This document shows, one piece after another, positions 47,249 to 57,342 of a DNA stretch of 64,000 bases. This DNA is from Candidatus Pacearchaeota archaeon (GTDB lineage: Archaea; Nanobdellota; Nanobdellia; Pacearchaeales; GW2011-AR1): assembly GCA_018303825.1 (NCBI GenBank), contig JAGVXK010000021.1:46694-110693 (forward strand). Direction: 5' to 3'. Each line of letters starts with the position of its first letter. Position 1 is the stretch's first letter. Position numbers and translations under genes: made by a program. The notes beneath the pieces were generated by a model. It searched no databases, was not told where the DNA came from, and saw only the letters and a program-made list of their open reading frames with translations.

Positions 47249-47929
47249 GTGGATGAAAAAAGAGGATACAAGCCGGGCCTATTCATAGTTTGGGAGGGTC
47301 CAGATGGAAGCGGAAAAAGCACTCAATTGGAGCAGGCAGCAAAAGCGATAAGAATGAAAAATAAATATCAAGACATTCTTCTCACAAGAGAGCCAACATT
47401 TAGAGCTTCGGAATTGAAAAAAATGCTGCAGGAACAATCAAATCCATTTGATGGAGGAATAGTAGATTTACACCTTTTTGTCCAAGATAGGAAGATACAT
47501 ACGGAAGAACAAATAATTCCGGCCTCAAATCAAAGAACCCTGGTTTTCTGTGACAGATACTCAATGTCAACTGGAGCCTATCAATCGGCCCAGGGAGTCC
47601 CGGTAGAAGATATAATAAAATATCATGAAGAGGCAAAAACCCTCACGCCAGATTTAACAATTTATGTCGACATTTCAAGAGAGGTCGCAGAGCAGAGGAT
47701 GATTAAAAGAGGCGACAAGAGAGAAAAATTTGAGAATAACTCGCAATTCAATGAACTTTTAATTAACAGATACAGAGAATTAGTAGCTCTTGCCAATGCA
47801 GACATGAGAGCAAGAAAAGTCTTCGGTCCAATAGTCAGAATAAACGGCAATCAAGAAATAGAAAAAGTAACGGAAGATATTCTAAAAGTTATCATGCCTG
47901 TCTATGATGCCTGGCTTACTGGACAATAA
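47249..47929 (+). CDS. tmk: Thymidylate kinase
   Basis: WEGPDGSGKST, TREP, FCDRYSMS, PDLTIYVD; GTG start. Confidence 0.92.
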   Translation: MDEKRGYKPGLFIVWEGPDGSGKSTQLEQAAKAIRMKNKYQDILLTREPTFRASELKKMLQEQSNPFDGGIVDLHLFVQDRKIHTEEQIIPASNQRTLVFCDRYSMSTGAYQSAQGVPVEDIIKYHEEAKTLTPDLTIYVDISREVAEQRMIKRGDKREKFENNSQFNELLINRYRELVALANADMRARKVFGPIVRINGNQEIEKVTEDILKVIMPVYDAWLTGQ

Positions 47930-47985
47930 ATATCTTTTAAGCAATTCAAAAATCTTTAAAACCCTTGTTTCTCTTTATATTTAGT

Positions 47986-48070
47986 GCCCGGATGGGACAG
48001 TGGTTACTCCGCAAGTTTGGAGAACTTGTTACGCGCAAGCGTTTCCCAGGTTCAAATCCTGGTCCGGGCG
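47986..48070 (+). tRNA. tRNA-Ser(GGA)
   Basis: GCCCGGA/TCCGGGC acceptor, CAAGT-TT-GGA-GA-ACTTG, long variable arm, CCAGG-TTCAAAT-CCTGG. Confidence 0.93.
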
Positions 48071-48311
48071 TTTTCCATTAATTCATCAATTTATCAAATT
48101 AGCTGGTGTGTTAGCTCTGCGTGGTTTTTTAAAAAAGATAAATCAACAAGATAAAAACCAGATAATTATCATTAATAGCCTCTATAAACATATTATATAA
48201 ATTAAATTATGAAAATGCGATTAAGCCACGAAAACTTAACATTCTCCAAAGTAGCAACCTTTATAAGAGAACAAAAACTTCTCAAAGTATGAAATTTCGG
48301 GAGGTATACAA

Positions 48312-48506
48312 ATGAAAGGAAAAGTAAAATTTTTCAACGTAGATAAGAGCTTTGGATTTATAACTGCAGAAGATGGAAAGGATTACTTTGTTCATGCTAC
48401 TGGACTTAAGCCAGGAGTCTCTCTCAAAGAAGGCGATTCAGTTACATTTGACATAGAACAAGGCGACAAAGGTCCGAAAGCTACTAAAGTTTCTAAAGAC
48501 AAGTAA
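48312..48506 (+). CDS. cspA: Cold-shock protein
   Basis: GKVKFFN, SFGFI (RNP1), DYFVH (RNP2); GGAGG RBS. Confidence 0.93.
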   Translation: MKGKVKFFNVDKSFGFITAEDGKDYFVHATGLKPGVSLKEGDSVTFDIEQGDKGPKATKVSKDK

Positions 48507-48619
48507 ATAGTTCCAATAACTTAAAGGCAAATTACAGCTAGTCTTTAACTTTTTTTAATAATTATATTTCAAGATTTAACTTTAATAAGGTTTATAAGAT
48601 AATTTTATTAGGAAGGAAT

Positions 48620-48988
48620 ATGAAAATATCAACAATAATTCTCACTGCAATTGTAGTTGTCGCGTTAGCAGCAGGATTTTATTTTACATTAAATAATTCA
48701 AAAATAACTGCGAATGCAATCTCTATCGAGCCAGAGATGATAAACATTAACGCTTCAAGATGGTCCTATACTCCAGACACAATAACTGTGAAGAAAGACC
48801 AGCCAGTTAAGATAATCATAAACAATCAAGATACAACTCATGGAATATCAATTCCTGAATTAGGTGTAATGGGCATTGGCTCTGTTGAATTTACTCCAAA
48901 CAAGACTGGAACATTCCAGTTCCGCTGTCCGACAAGGTGCGGTGTAGACCATATTAATATGGTTGGCAAATTAATAGTAACTGATTAA
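48620..48988 (+). CDS. Membrane-anchored cupredoxin (COX2 C-domain-like)
   Basis: N-terminal TM helix; DTTHG...FRCPTRCGVDHINM copper ligands. Confidence 0.85.
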   Translation: MKISTIILTAIVVVALAAGFYFTLNNSKITANAISIEPEMININASRWSYTPDTITVKKDQPVKIIINNQDTTHGISIPELGVMGIGSVEFTPNKTGTFQFRCPTRCGVDHINMVGKLIVTD

Positions 48989-49075
48989 TCTAAATTTTTA
49001 GATTATTATTTTCTGGAATAACCTATCACATAATTTAAAAGGCCAAGTTAATTATTTCATAATCGGAGAATAAAC

Positions 49076-50377
49076 TTGAAAAAAGAAAATACAAAAAAAC
49101 TCATAATTGCAGGAATTTTCGCCTTTATCTTAATTTACCTTGTCTCTGCAGTTTATACTATTTTTGCACCATTCAATTTACAATTAGATTTCCAGGCAAT
49201 TCTTTATAAAATTGGAAAATTCATAGGACTAACAAGTTTTCTATTTATTTCTTTTCTGGTAATTTCTGGCGATAGCGCAAGATTCTTTGATAAATACTTT
49301 GGAATAGACAGAATAATAAAGTTTCAGAGAAAATTCGCGATAGCATCCTATTTTGTTGTCTTATCTCATCCCATATTCTTTATTTTGTCCAGCATTTCCT
49401 TTGTGAAGAACCTGATTCCTAATTTTGCCATTCTCCCTCTGGCAGCAGGCACATTGGGATTATATTCATTCATTATTATAATGATTTCTTCATTAAACTA
49501 CAAGAGGATTTCCCATAAAGTCTGGCAATATCTTCACGTATTAACCTATGTTTTATTCTTCCTAATTTTATATCATGCTTCTTTTTGGGGCACATCGTCA
49601 CATTTTCTCATAATAAAGATATTTTACACATTTTTGGCAATTTTTGTAATTGCTGGAATTATTTACAGAACAAACTACAAAATTAGACAAAAAAGAAACA
49701 AATTTTTAGTAAAAGAAATAAAATGGGAGGCAAAAGACACATTCACATTAATACTTAATCCAAAACATGAAATTTCCTTTGAGGCAGGGCAATTTTGCTT
49801 TCTAAGGCTCGAAAAAGAAGGCCTTTACGCAAGACACCCATTTACTATATCAAATGCTCCCGGAGAGAAAGAACTTCATTTTACAATAAAACTAGACGGA
49901 AGATTTACAAAAGAAGCCACAAAACTAAAACCGAGAGATGAGATAAAATTAGAAGGACCGTTTGGCAACTTTACAATTAATGACAACAAAAAAGACATAG
50001 TCTTCATAGCCGGAGGAGTAGGAATTACTCCATTCAGAAGCATGATAAGAGATAAAATAAATAGAAAAGACAACCAAAAAACAATCTTGTTATACTCGTC
50101 AAAGAAAATTAAAGATATAATATTTAAAAAAGAACTGGATAAGATTAATAAAAATTGGTTCAAAAAAGTCTATATATTAACTCGGGAAAAAAGGAGAGTG
50201 TCAAGCATGGAAAAAGGCAGAATATCAAAAGAAATGATAACTGAATATGTAGAAGACCCCTGCGATAAGGATTACTACATATGTGGCCCTATAGAAATGA
50301 AAAACACCTTATGTATAATTTTAAATGAGCTTGGAGTTAAGGGAAAAAACATTTTCTTTGAGGATTTTTTTTGGTAA
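49076..50377 (+). CDS. Ferric-reductase-like transmembrane domain fused to an FNR-type FAD/NAD(P)H domain
   Basis: Six TM helices with His (LSHP, YLH, YH); RHPFTI, EGPFG, FIAGGVGITPF, YICGP, FEDF. Confidence 0.88.
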   Translation: MKKENTKKLIIAGIFAFILIYLVSAVYTIFAPFNLQLDFQAILYKIGKFIGLTSFLFISFLVISGDSARFFDKYFGIDRIIKFQRKFAIASYFVVLSHPIFFILSSISFVKNLIPNFAILPLAAGTLGLYSFIIIMISSLNYKRISHKVWQYLHVLTYVLFFLILYHASFWGTSSHFLIIKIFYTFLAIFVIAGIIYRTNYKIRQKRNKFLVKEIKWEAKDTFTLILNPKHEISFEAGQFCFLRLEKEGLYARHPFTISNAPGEKELHFTIKLDGRFTKEATKLKPRDEIKLEGPFGNFTINDNKKDIVFIAGGVGITPFRSMIRDKINRKDNQKTILLYSSKKIKDIIFKKELDKINKNWFKKVYILTREKRRVSSMEKGRISKEMITEYVEDPCDKDYYICGPIEMKNTLCIILNELGVKGKNIFFEDFFW

Positions 50378-50477
50378 AATGAAAAAATGACAATAACCAA
50401 AAGACAAATAACATTAATATTACTTAAAAGTGGTTACAAATAGTAAGGTTTAAATAGTTTACAGAGAGAAGAATTTT

Positions 50478-50843
50478 ATGACAACAAATATAACTGTTGG
50501 AAGAAGGAGAAATTATGAGATAAAAGCATTGCCTTTGGTAGGGACTCTTGTAAGAAGGAAGAAGGTTTCTGAAGGGTATTTTGTGGAAGGCCAGATAGAT
50601 TACGGTCCGGGTGTTGAGGAGGAGACCGTAGACTTTTATCACACACATTTTGATGCTCTTGTACTATATTTTTTGAATAGAGGATTTAATATATCTGAAG
50701 CGCAAGTTGCACAGCGACAAGAAATAATTAGTTTGGATAAATCTAGGCTTGTTTTACAAACCCCTCTAGCTAATTGGGAGAAATTTACTTTGATGCAAAG
50801 GGTTTCCAAAAAAAGGGCAATGGAGCTTGAGAGGGGAAGATAA
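50478..50843 (+). CDS. Hypothetical protein
   Basis: 121-aa ORF, tightly coupled to the next gene. Confidence 0.55.
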   Translation: MTTNITVGRRRNYEIKALPLVGTLVRRKKVSEGYFVEGQIDYGPGVEEETVDFYHTHFDALVLYFLNRGFNISEAQVAQRQEIISLDKSRLVLQTPLANWEKFTLMQRVSKKRAMELERGR

Positions 50844-50845
50844 AA

Positions 50846-51322
50846 ATGGCAGAAGATGAAACACCAAATGTGTCTGAGGATTATATTGACATTTTCATGA
50901 CAGCAGACGAGACTATGTATAGAATTGGAGAAAAAACGGGGTCTTGGATTGGTGACCCATTTACTGGATTTACAAAGGGATTGGTAGTTGATTCTATTCG
51001 TCCCGATTGTGTTCCAAGAAAAGATACAGGAGAAGTCAATATAGCTTCAATATGCGATAGATTGAGAACAGGAAGAATACCTGGGTTTGTACCTTATTTT
51101 GAGCTTGATTATCATCCAGTAGGGCTTAGGGAGCACACATTGAAAGATGTTAGGGTAGTTGATTCTGGAATAGTCGAATTGGAAAGACAACAGCTTGTTA
51201 AGTCTGAAGATATACACATAGGCGATAGAATTGACTGGATAGTTGAAGAAATGAGCACAAAATATGACGCTGCAGAAAGATTTAGAAGAGCAAAAGCAAA
51301 AACAGAATTAGTTTCTTGGTAA
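50846..51322 (+). CDS. Hypothetical protein
   Basis: 158-aa ORF; weak OB/S1-like end (IHIGDRIDWIVEEM). Confidence 0.55.
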   Translation: MAEDETPNVSEDYIDIFMTADETMYRIGEKTGSWIGDPFTGFTKGLVVDSIRPDCVPRKDTGEVNIASICDRLRTGRIPGFVPYFELDYHPVGLREHTLKDVRVVDSGIVELERQQLVKSEDIHIGDRIDWIVEEMSTKYDAAERFRRAKAKTELVSW

Positions 51323-51372
51323 TTAATTTTCAAATACTAAACATATTTAACCTGTTATTTCTAAGAAAATAG

Positions 51373-54300
51373 ATGCTGGATAATAATCCTGAAGAAGCAA
51401 TAGAAAAATTGGGGGTTTGCGTAATTCTTGCCGGTGCGGGAACAGGAAAAACGCATACAATTGTCGAAAAGATAAAATATCTTATCCAAAAAAACATTTA
51501 TCCACCAGAAAGAGTAGTATGTATCACCTTTTCAAATGAAGCAGCAAATTCTCTTCTTTCAAGAGTGCAAAAATCCCTTGAATTAAAGGAAGGAAAAGAG
51601 CCAATTGTGAGGACTTTTCATGCTTTTTCAGCAGATTTATTGAGAAAACACGGGCACAAAATAGGAGTTAAGGAAAACTTTACCATCTTAGAACCAGACG
51701 ATGCAAAAGTTATTCTAAATAGAAATCTAAAAATCTTTCCCTATTACTGCCACAAATACATAGAAGCCATAGGAACAGCAAAAGACCTAGGCATTAAGCT
51801 GGAAGAATTGCAAAATTATGTTAATAAAAGAGTGTTTGAGTTAAATTGTTTGGATGTTGACGAAAGGTTGGAGCAATTGCAATTTGAATTGCAAACTATG
51901 CATCTAAAAAAAGACGAAGAGAACAAAAAACACATCACCAGCGAGATAAGAAAGATAAATAACACAATTTCATTGAGAAAATTCGTAAATGCCTGGAGTG
52001 CTTATGAAAAAATCAAGGTCAAAACAGGTTGTTTAGATTATTCTGACTTAAATAAAAATGCCCTATCCCTTTTAAAACAATTTCCAGACATAGCAAATAA
52101 TTACGATTACATTGTAGTCGATGAATTCCAAGATACAAACAAAATCCAGCTGGACTTCCTTCAACTTCTAGCCCCGCATAGAAATATAACTGTTGTAGGA
52201 GATTTAAATCAATCAATATACCGATTCAGAGGAGCGTATAAAGACAATTTCAACCTTTTCAAAAAATATTTTAATGTAAAGACCGAGGATATTTTCACGC
52301 TGGCAAAATCAAGAAGGTCGAGCAATAAAATTCTTAAGCTTGCACATAAACTTATCCTTAATAATTATGACAGTAAAGATGATTGTTTCTTCGTTGAAAA
52401 CTTTGAAGGCAGAGAGGGAGATAAAATAGAAGTCTATGAGATGAAAAATGGAAAGGAAGAGGCAAGAAAGATAGTTGAACTAATCAAATCTGAACTTGCC
52501 AAAGGAATAGAGATGAATGAAATATGTGTTATGTTCAGAACACACCAGCAGGGAAGAATTATCAGACGTGCTCTCGAGTTAGAAAATATAAATTTTGTCT
52601 CTGTAACTCGTGGAAGTCTATTAAAAAACAAAGACATAAAAAAAGTTGTCTATTATATGACTATTTTGGATAAGTTAAAGAGAAATAAGAAAGGGGGGGA
52701 AGACGCCTGGTGGGGCTTAATATATGAATCAGGCTTTCCAGAGCAGGATTTAATAAAAATAGGCAAATTCATCAAAGCAGACAGGCCAAACAGCAGAAAT
52801 AAAGAGAATAATAACCAGGATAATATAGATAAAAATAATAATAACCAGCAAAGATTCGACAATAATGAAAATATCTTAGAAAATAATGAAGTTCCAATAA
52901 GCCAGAAGTTTTTCAACGAATTTTCTATTTTAAATAAACTGCAATTAACTGACCAAGGAAAGATGCTTGGGAAAATATTAATTGAAAGGATAAAATCATT
53001 GCAAGAATATGCAAATAAAGATGCGACCTCACTTATTACAGAAATATACAAGTTATTGGCTGGAGAAGAAAAGGAAAATACGAAAAAAGAACTGGAAAGA
53101 ACATTAAATCTTACAAAATTCTTTGACTTAGCAAGGGATCATTCAACCATTTATAATTCTGATTTAGGCAGTTTTATCGATTATCTTTCAATTCTTGACA
53201 ATCTAGGGATAGAAATAGATAGTGCAGAACCTGAAGACAATGGTATAAGGCTTATGACTCTACATTCCACTAAAGGACTTGAATATAAGACAGTAATAGT
53301 TTCAAATTTAGTCGCCAAAAGATTTCCTATAGAAAAAATATCCCCAAACCTCTTTATACCCTTGGAATTAAGCCCTGAATTTTCAGATATGAAGCACCTT
53401 TCCAGGGAAGAGTTAGAATATCATTATAGGGAATATGAAAGGAAAAATCAATTATTAGAAGAAAGGCGTTTGTGTTATGTCGCATTTACAAGGGCAAAGA
53501 ACAAACTTATCATCACTTATGCAAATGAATATTCTGGAAAGAAACATTATCCTTCTCCATTCCTGAATGAAATAGACTACAAGGCTAATTCTGATATAGT
53601 TTTCCAGCAAGATAAGGAAGAAAAGTTCATAGAGAAAGAAAAAGAAACAAAGAAAGAGCCCCAAATAGGGGAATTTGTCTCTGGAATAGAATTTGAAAAA
53701 GAAGACAGGACAAAAGTTCCACTTTCTCCCAGTGCTCTCCAGCTTTTTGACGATTGCCAGAAGGAATTTGAATATAAATATGTATACAATATGCCAGAAA
53801 AGAAAACAATCTCTTGGGAAGCAATGAAACTCGGCTCTTTCATTCATCTTGTTCTCGAAGAAGGAGTAAAATCCAGATTTAAAACACTAAAAGAATTCAA
53901 TGACTATGCAAAGACATTGCATTTGGAAGAAGAATGGGAGGATGTCGACATGAACGAAGTTTCCCACATGCTTAAAGTCTTCTTTGCAAGAAACAAGGAC
54001 AAATACAATGAAAAATCAAAGACAGAACAATACCTCAACACAAAAATAGAAGGAATTAACTTTACAGGATATGCAGACAGAATAGACTATCATGAAGATA
54101 CAAATGATAAATGGATGGAAATAATCGATTATAAAACCGGGAAAACAGTTGTAGAGCCAAGAGCAAGGGAATGGCAGTTAGGATATTATGCTATAGCTGC
54201 ATCAAGGTTCGGAAAAGTCAGAAAGATAACTCTGGATATGTTAAAACAAGATATTCCTTTGGAATTTGAGATAGATGATAAGGGAAATGCTGTTTCAGTT

Positions 54301-54450
54301 AACAGCAGTTTAAGTTTTAATATCTATGAAGTCAAAGACGAAATAATAAAGACCGCAAAAAGGATACACGAAGCCTATCGCTTGGGCTTCAAGCCGTGCC
54401 CAATTGAAAAGAACTGCGACTTCTGCAATGAATATGTCTATAATCTTTAG
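51373..54450 (+). CDS. UvrD/PcrA-family SF1 helicase fused to a PD-(D/E)xK nuclease with Fe-S cysteines (AddA/AdnB-like)
   Basis: AGAGTGKT, VDEFQDTN, VGDLNQSIYRFRGA, LHSTKGLE, ERRLCYVAFTRA; SPSALQLFDDC, GYADRID, IIDYKTG, CPIEKNCDFC. Confidence 0.92.
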   Translation: MLDNNPEEAIEKLGVCVILAGAGTGKTHTIVEKIKYLIQKNIYPPERVVCITFSNEAANSLLSRVQKSLELKEGKEPIVRTFHAFSADLLRKHGHKIGVKENFTILEPDDAKVILNRNLKIFPYYCHKYIEAIGTAKDLGIKLEELQNYVNKRVFELNCLDVDERLEQLQFELQTMHLKKDEENKKHITSEIRKINNTISLRKFVNAWSAYEKIKVKTGCLDYSDLNKNALSLLKQFPDIANNYDYIVVDEFQDTNKIQLDFLQLLAPHRNITVVGDLNQSIYRFRGAYKDNFNLFKKYFNVKTEDIFTLAKSRRSSNKILKLAHKLILNNYDSKDDCFFVENFEGREGDKIEVYEMKNGKEEARKIVELIKSELAKGIEMNEICVMFRTHQQGRIIRRALELENINFVSVTRGSLLKNKDIKKVVYYMTILDKLKRNKKGGEDAWWGLIYESGFPEQDLIKIGKFIKADRPNSRNKENNNQDNIDKNNNNQQRFDNNENILENNEVPISQKFFNEFSILNKLQLTDQGKMLGKILIERIKSLQEYANKDATSLITEIYKLLAGEEKENTKKELERTLNLTKFFDLARDHSTIYNSDLGSFIDYLSILDNLGIEIDSAEPEDNGIRLMTLHSTKGLEYKTVIVSNLVAKRFPIEKISPNLFIPLELSPEFSDMKHLSREELEYHYREYERKNQLLEERRLCYVAFTRAKNKLIITYANEYSGKKHYPSPFLNEIDYKANSDIVFQQDKEEKFIEKEKETKKEPQIGEFVSGIEFEKEDRTKVPLSPSALQLFDDCQKEFEYKYVYNMPEKKTISWEAMKLGSFIHLVLEEGVKSRFKTLKEFNDYAKTLHLEEEWEDVDMNEVSHMLKVFFARNKDKYNEKSKTEQYLNTKIEGINFTGYADRIDYHEDTNDKWMEIIDYKTGKTVVEPRAREWQLGYYAIAASRFGKVRKITLDMLKQDIPLEFEIDDKGNAVSVNSSLSFNIYEVKDEIIKTAKRIHEAYRLGFKPCPIEKNCDFCNEYVYNL

Positions 54451-54459
54451 AAATAACTT

Positions 54460-55176
54460 CTACTTTCTTCTCATTCTCAGATAGAATAATAGTATTCCTG
54501 CAGCTGCAAAAGCAACTCCTAGAATAAATACTGGCCAATTATATGTTTGAGGAATTAGATTAGAAACAGCAATGTAGAAATCATTATTCCCTGTTAGAGA
54601 AAAGAAGTCTTTTGCATATCCTCCATTAAATATTAACTTTCCATAATCATACATCCAGGTATAAAGCACAAGAATGACTCCAACAATCATCAATGTCCAT
54701 TCCTTCCAGTTTATGCTGACTTTCTTTCCTTTGTCATAGAATCTGATTATAATAAAAGTCATAACTATCATTAGTACGGTGCATATTAACGGTGCTATAA
54801 CTGGCCCAATCCAAGGCCAAGGTATCAAGAATAGTAAGTCCCAGGTTAACAAAGATGAAGGCCAATTCAACGAAAGTTTAAGGAAGATGTAATAGAAGAT
54901 ATCCCAGATTGCAAATGCATAAACAAAATAAGCAAACTTTTCATAAAACTTCTTCCCCGCAAGAAGTCCGATAGTAACAAGCATTACAACTGTAAAGAAC
55001 TCACGGATCCATTCAACCGATAAAACAGATGGTTCAATAAATCCTTTCAATGGAAAATCAAACCCATTAACATAATATAATTTTCTAAGATAAACAACAA
55101 CTGCAGCTTCAAGAAAGCCCATCGCAATTGCATAAATGCTAACAATCCATATCTTTCGCACGCTCTCTTTTTGCAT
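54460..55176 (-). CDS. Polytopic membrane protein, hypothetical
   Basis: Six to seven TM helices; WDIFYY, WDLLFLIPWPWIGPV. Confidence 0.75.
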   Translation of the reverse strand: MQKESVRKIWIVSIYAIAMGFLEAAVVVYLRKLYYVNGFDFPLKGFIEPSVLSVEWIREFFTVVMLVTIGLLAGKKFYEKFAYFVYAFAIWDIFYYIFLKLSLNWPSSLLTWDLLFLIPWPWIGPVIAPLICTVLMIVMTFIIIRFYDKGKKVSINWKEWTLMIVGVILVLYTWMYDYGKLIFNGGYAKDFFSLTGNNDFYIAVSNLIPQTYNWPVFILGVAFAAAGILLFYLRMRRK

Positions 55177-55200
55177 ATTATATAATAAGAACTGGGATTT

Positions 55201-55452
55201 TTAATGCTTTCTGAGATCTTTCATTATCCCTTCAATACCTTCTTGATAAACTCTATTTTGTCCAATTAACTCGGCAGTTTGCCCTTTTAACTGAGCATCT
55301 CGTTCATAAATCAATTTTAGCTCAGAAGTAAGATTATTTGTTAAGTCACGTTCATCTCTAAACGCGCGTACTTGCTGTATGCCTAACGTCAATATGGCTC
55401 CTGAAATAACTGAAGCAGCAATAACATTATAAGTTTTTCCAATTAATGACAT
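55201..55452 (-). CDS. Small protein with one TM helix and a coiled coil
   Basis: Hydrophobic N-term, heptad-rich C-term. Confidence 0.55.
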   Translation of the reverse strand: MSLIGKTYNVIAASVISGAILTLGIQQVRAFRDERDLTNNLTSELKLIYERDAQLKGQTAELIGQNRVYQEGIEGIMKDLRKH

Positions 55453-55526
55453 GATTTATGGAGAGATAATCGTTATTTAAATCTTATACTCAAAATTCAT
55501 TTTCAAAAGTAGTAAAACAAAATTAT

Positions 55527-55862
55527 TCAATAATTGAATTTTCTTTCATACTCTTTATGAGTCATCCATTCGAGAATTAAGCTTACAACTATTGGTTTTC
55601 CGCCCCTTATAGTATAGATGAGTCTCCAAGCACTTGGTAAATCATATTTCCATAGGTTTGCAGAGCTATACTTTTTTATATATTCTTTAGGAATCTGCTT
55701 TTTTGGTATCTGGACTCCACAAAAAGCATTATTTTCTATATTATCCATTGCCTGATTGATGAATTTGAATAATTCTTTTTCAGAAGGATCTCCTTGCTCC
55801 AATTTGTAGAATGTTTGTTTTAGACTATTATCCGCAAATCTTATTTCCGAAGGGAGAATCAT
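55527..55862 (-). CDS. RelE/ParE-like toxin
   Basis: LWKYDLPSAWRLIYTI...EWMTHKEY. Confidence 0.7.
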   Translation of the reverse strand: MILPSEIRFADNSLKQTFYKLEQGDPSEKELFKFINQAMDNIENNAFCGVQIPKKQIPKEYIKKYSSANLWKYDLPSAWRLIYTIRGGKPIVVSLILEWMTHKEYERKFNY

Positions 55863-56140
55863 TTTCTTCTTCCCAAATCCTTTCTTCTATAAAATCTATT
55901 TGCTGATTCAGGATAGAATATCCAGCCTATTTTTCCCTCCGAGTCAACTGATATTTTTCTAGAGTAAAGTAGATAGTCTATAATCACACAAAAAGTCTGG
56001 TACATCATCTTTTTTGGAAGGTGCTCCCATAAACTTCTTTTTTTGAACTCTCCATCGTATTCTTTTATAGCTTCTTCTACCATTAGCACAGTATCTAATC
56101 TAGGAAACCTTAATATTCCCTTTAATGTCGTTTCTTCCAT
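55859..56140 (-). CDS. Winged-helix protein, putative antitoxin
   Basis: PRLDTVLMVEE...LWEHLPKKMMYQTF..IIDYL; 4-nt overlap with the toxin gene. Confidence 0.6.
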   Translation of the reverse strand: MEETTLKGILRFPRLDTVLMVEEAIKEYDGEFKKRSLWEHLPKKMMYQTFCVIIDYLLYSRKISVDSEGKIGWIFYPESANRFYRRKDLGRRK

Positions 56141-56288
56141 GTTATATCTATTGATATAACAATATTTAAATGTTTCTTTTAAATATTTTTGCAATCAAGT
56201 ATACAAAGAACCAAACCCCTTCAAAAATAAAAAGGGAAAAATAAAAAATAAAAATTTAAGTGGAAAAACCAACAAGAATTTTAATTAA

Positions 56289-56702
56289 TTAAAATTCTTC
56301 CGAATTTGAACTTTCTCTTCTGTTGTCTCTTCCGCCGAATCTTCTTCCGCCTCCGCCTCCTCCGCCGAACCTTCGAGGTCCGCCGAAGCTTCTTCTCTCT
56401 CCGCCATATCCTCCTCCAAATCCGCCACGTCTTTCTGGTCTAGGTTTGTTAGGGTCAAATGGTGTAGCTTCGTTAACAGTTAACTTTCTGCCTTCTAAGT
56501 CACTTCCATTCATTTCTGATATGGCCGTGGCTGCTTGGGCGTCATCTTCAATTGTTACGAAACCAAATCCTTTCGACCTTCCGTTAAACTTATTGGTTAC
56601 AACTGTAACTTCGCCAAGCTTACCGTACTTAGAAAAGAGATTTGTCAATCCTTCTTGCGTTAGGCTAAAAGGCAAATTTCCGACAAACAATCTTTTACTC
56701 AT
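56289..56702 (-). CDS. RRM (RNP-1) RNA-binding protein with Gly/Arg-rich tail
   Basis: LFVGNLP (RNP2), KGFGFV (RNP1); AAGGAGG RBS. Confidence 0.93.
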   Translation of the reverse strand: MSKRLFVGNLPFSLTQEGLTNLFSKYGKLGEVTVVTNKFNGRSKGFGFVTIEDDAQAATAISEMNGSDLEGRKLTVNEATPFDPNKPRPERRGGFGGGYGGERRSFGGPRRFGGGGGGGRRFGGRDNRRESSNSEEF

Positions 56703-56877
56703 GCTGTCCTCCTTACATTCATCTTGTATGCGCTAAGAATCAGTCTTGTCTCCTTGAGGTTATCGCATCCACAATCATGCCTTAGCTTAATTAAATGAAA
56801 AAATAACTGCTTATAAACTTATGCTTTTCGCTTTCAAGAAAATAAATATTTTTAAACAGCAAAGATTAACCATATGG

Positions 56878-57342
56878 ATGAAAAAAATGATGACTGTAGG
56901 ATTAATCCTCGAGGGAGATAAAATTCTTCTTGGAATGAAAAAAACAGGTTTTGGTGAGGGAAGATGGAATGGATTCGGAGGGAAAGTCAAACCTGGAGAA
57001 ACAATCGACCAAGCAGTCGCAAGAGAATTTAAAGAAGAGTCAGGTATTGACGTTTTAAGAAGTGAAAAGTTTGGAGAGATTGATTTCGAATTCAGAGACA
57101 ACCCAGAAATATTGGAAGTTCACTTCTATAGAATACTTGAATATCGAGGAAATCCGGAGGAAAGCGATGAAATGAGACCTCAATGGTTTAACATTAATGA
57201 AATACCATATAGCATCATGTGGCCAGACGATAAATATTGGATGCCCTTATTTCTTCGGAACAAAAAGTTTAAGGGCAAAATTTACTTTGAAAACCAGAAT
57301 ACTATCATTAGTTGCAATCTGAAAGAATTAAAAAGCTTCTAA
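56878..57342 (+). CDS. NUDIX 8-oxo-dGTP diphosphatase (MTH1-like)
   Basis: WNGFGGKVKPGETIDQAVAREFKEESG, MWPDD. Confidence 0.9.
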   Translation: MKKMMTVGLILEGDKILLGMKKTGFGEGRWNGFGGKVKPGETIDQAVAREFKEESGIDVLRSEKFGEIDFEFRDNPEILEVHFYRILEYRGNPEESDEMRPQWFNINEIPYSIMWPDDKYWMPLFLRNKKFKGKIYFENQNTIISCNLKELKSF

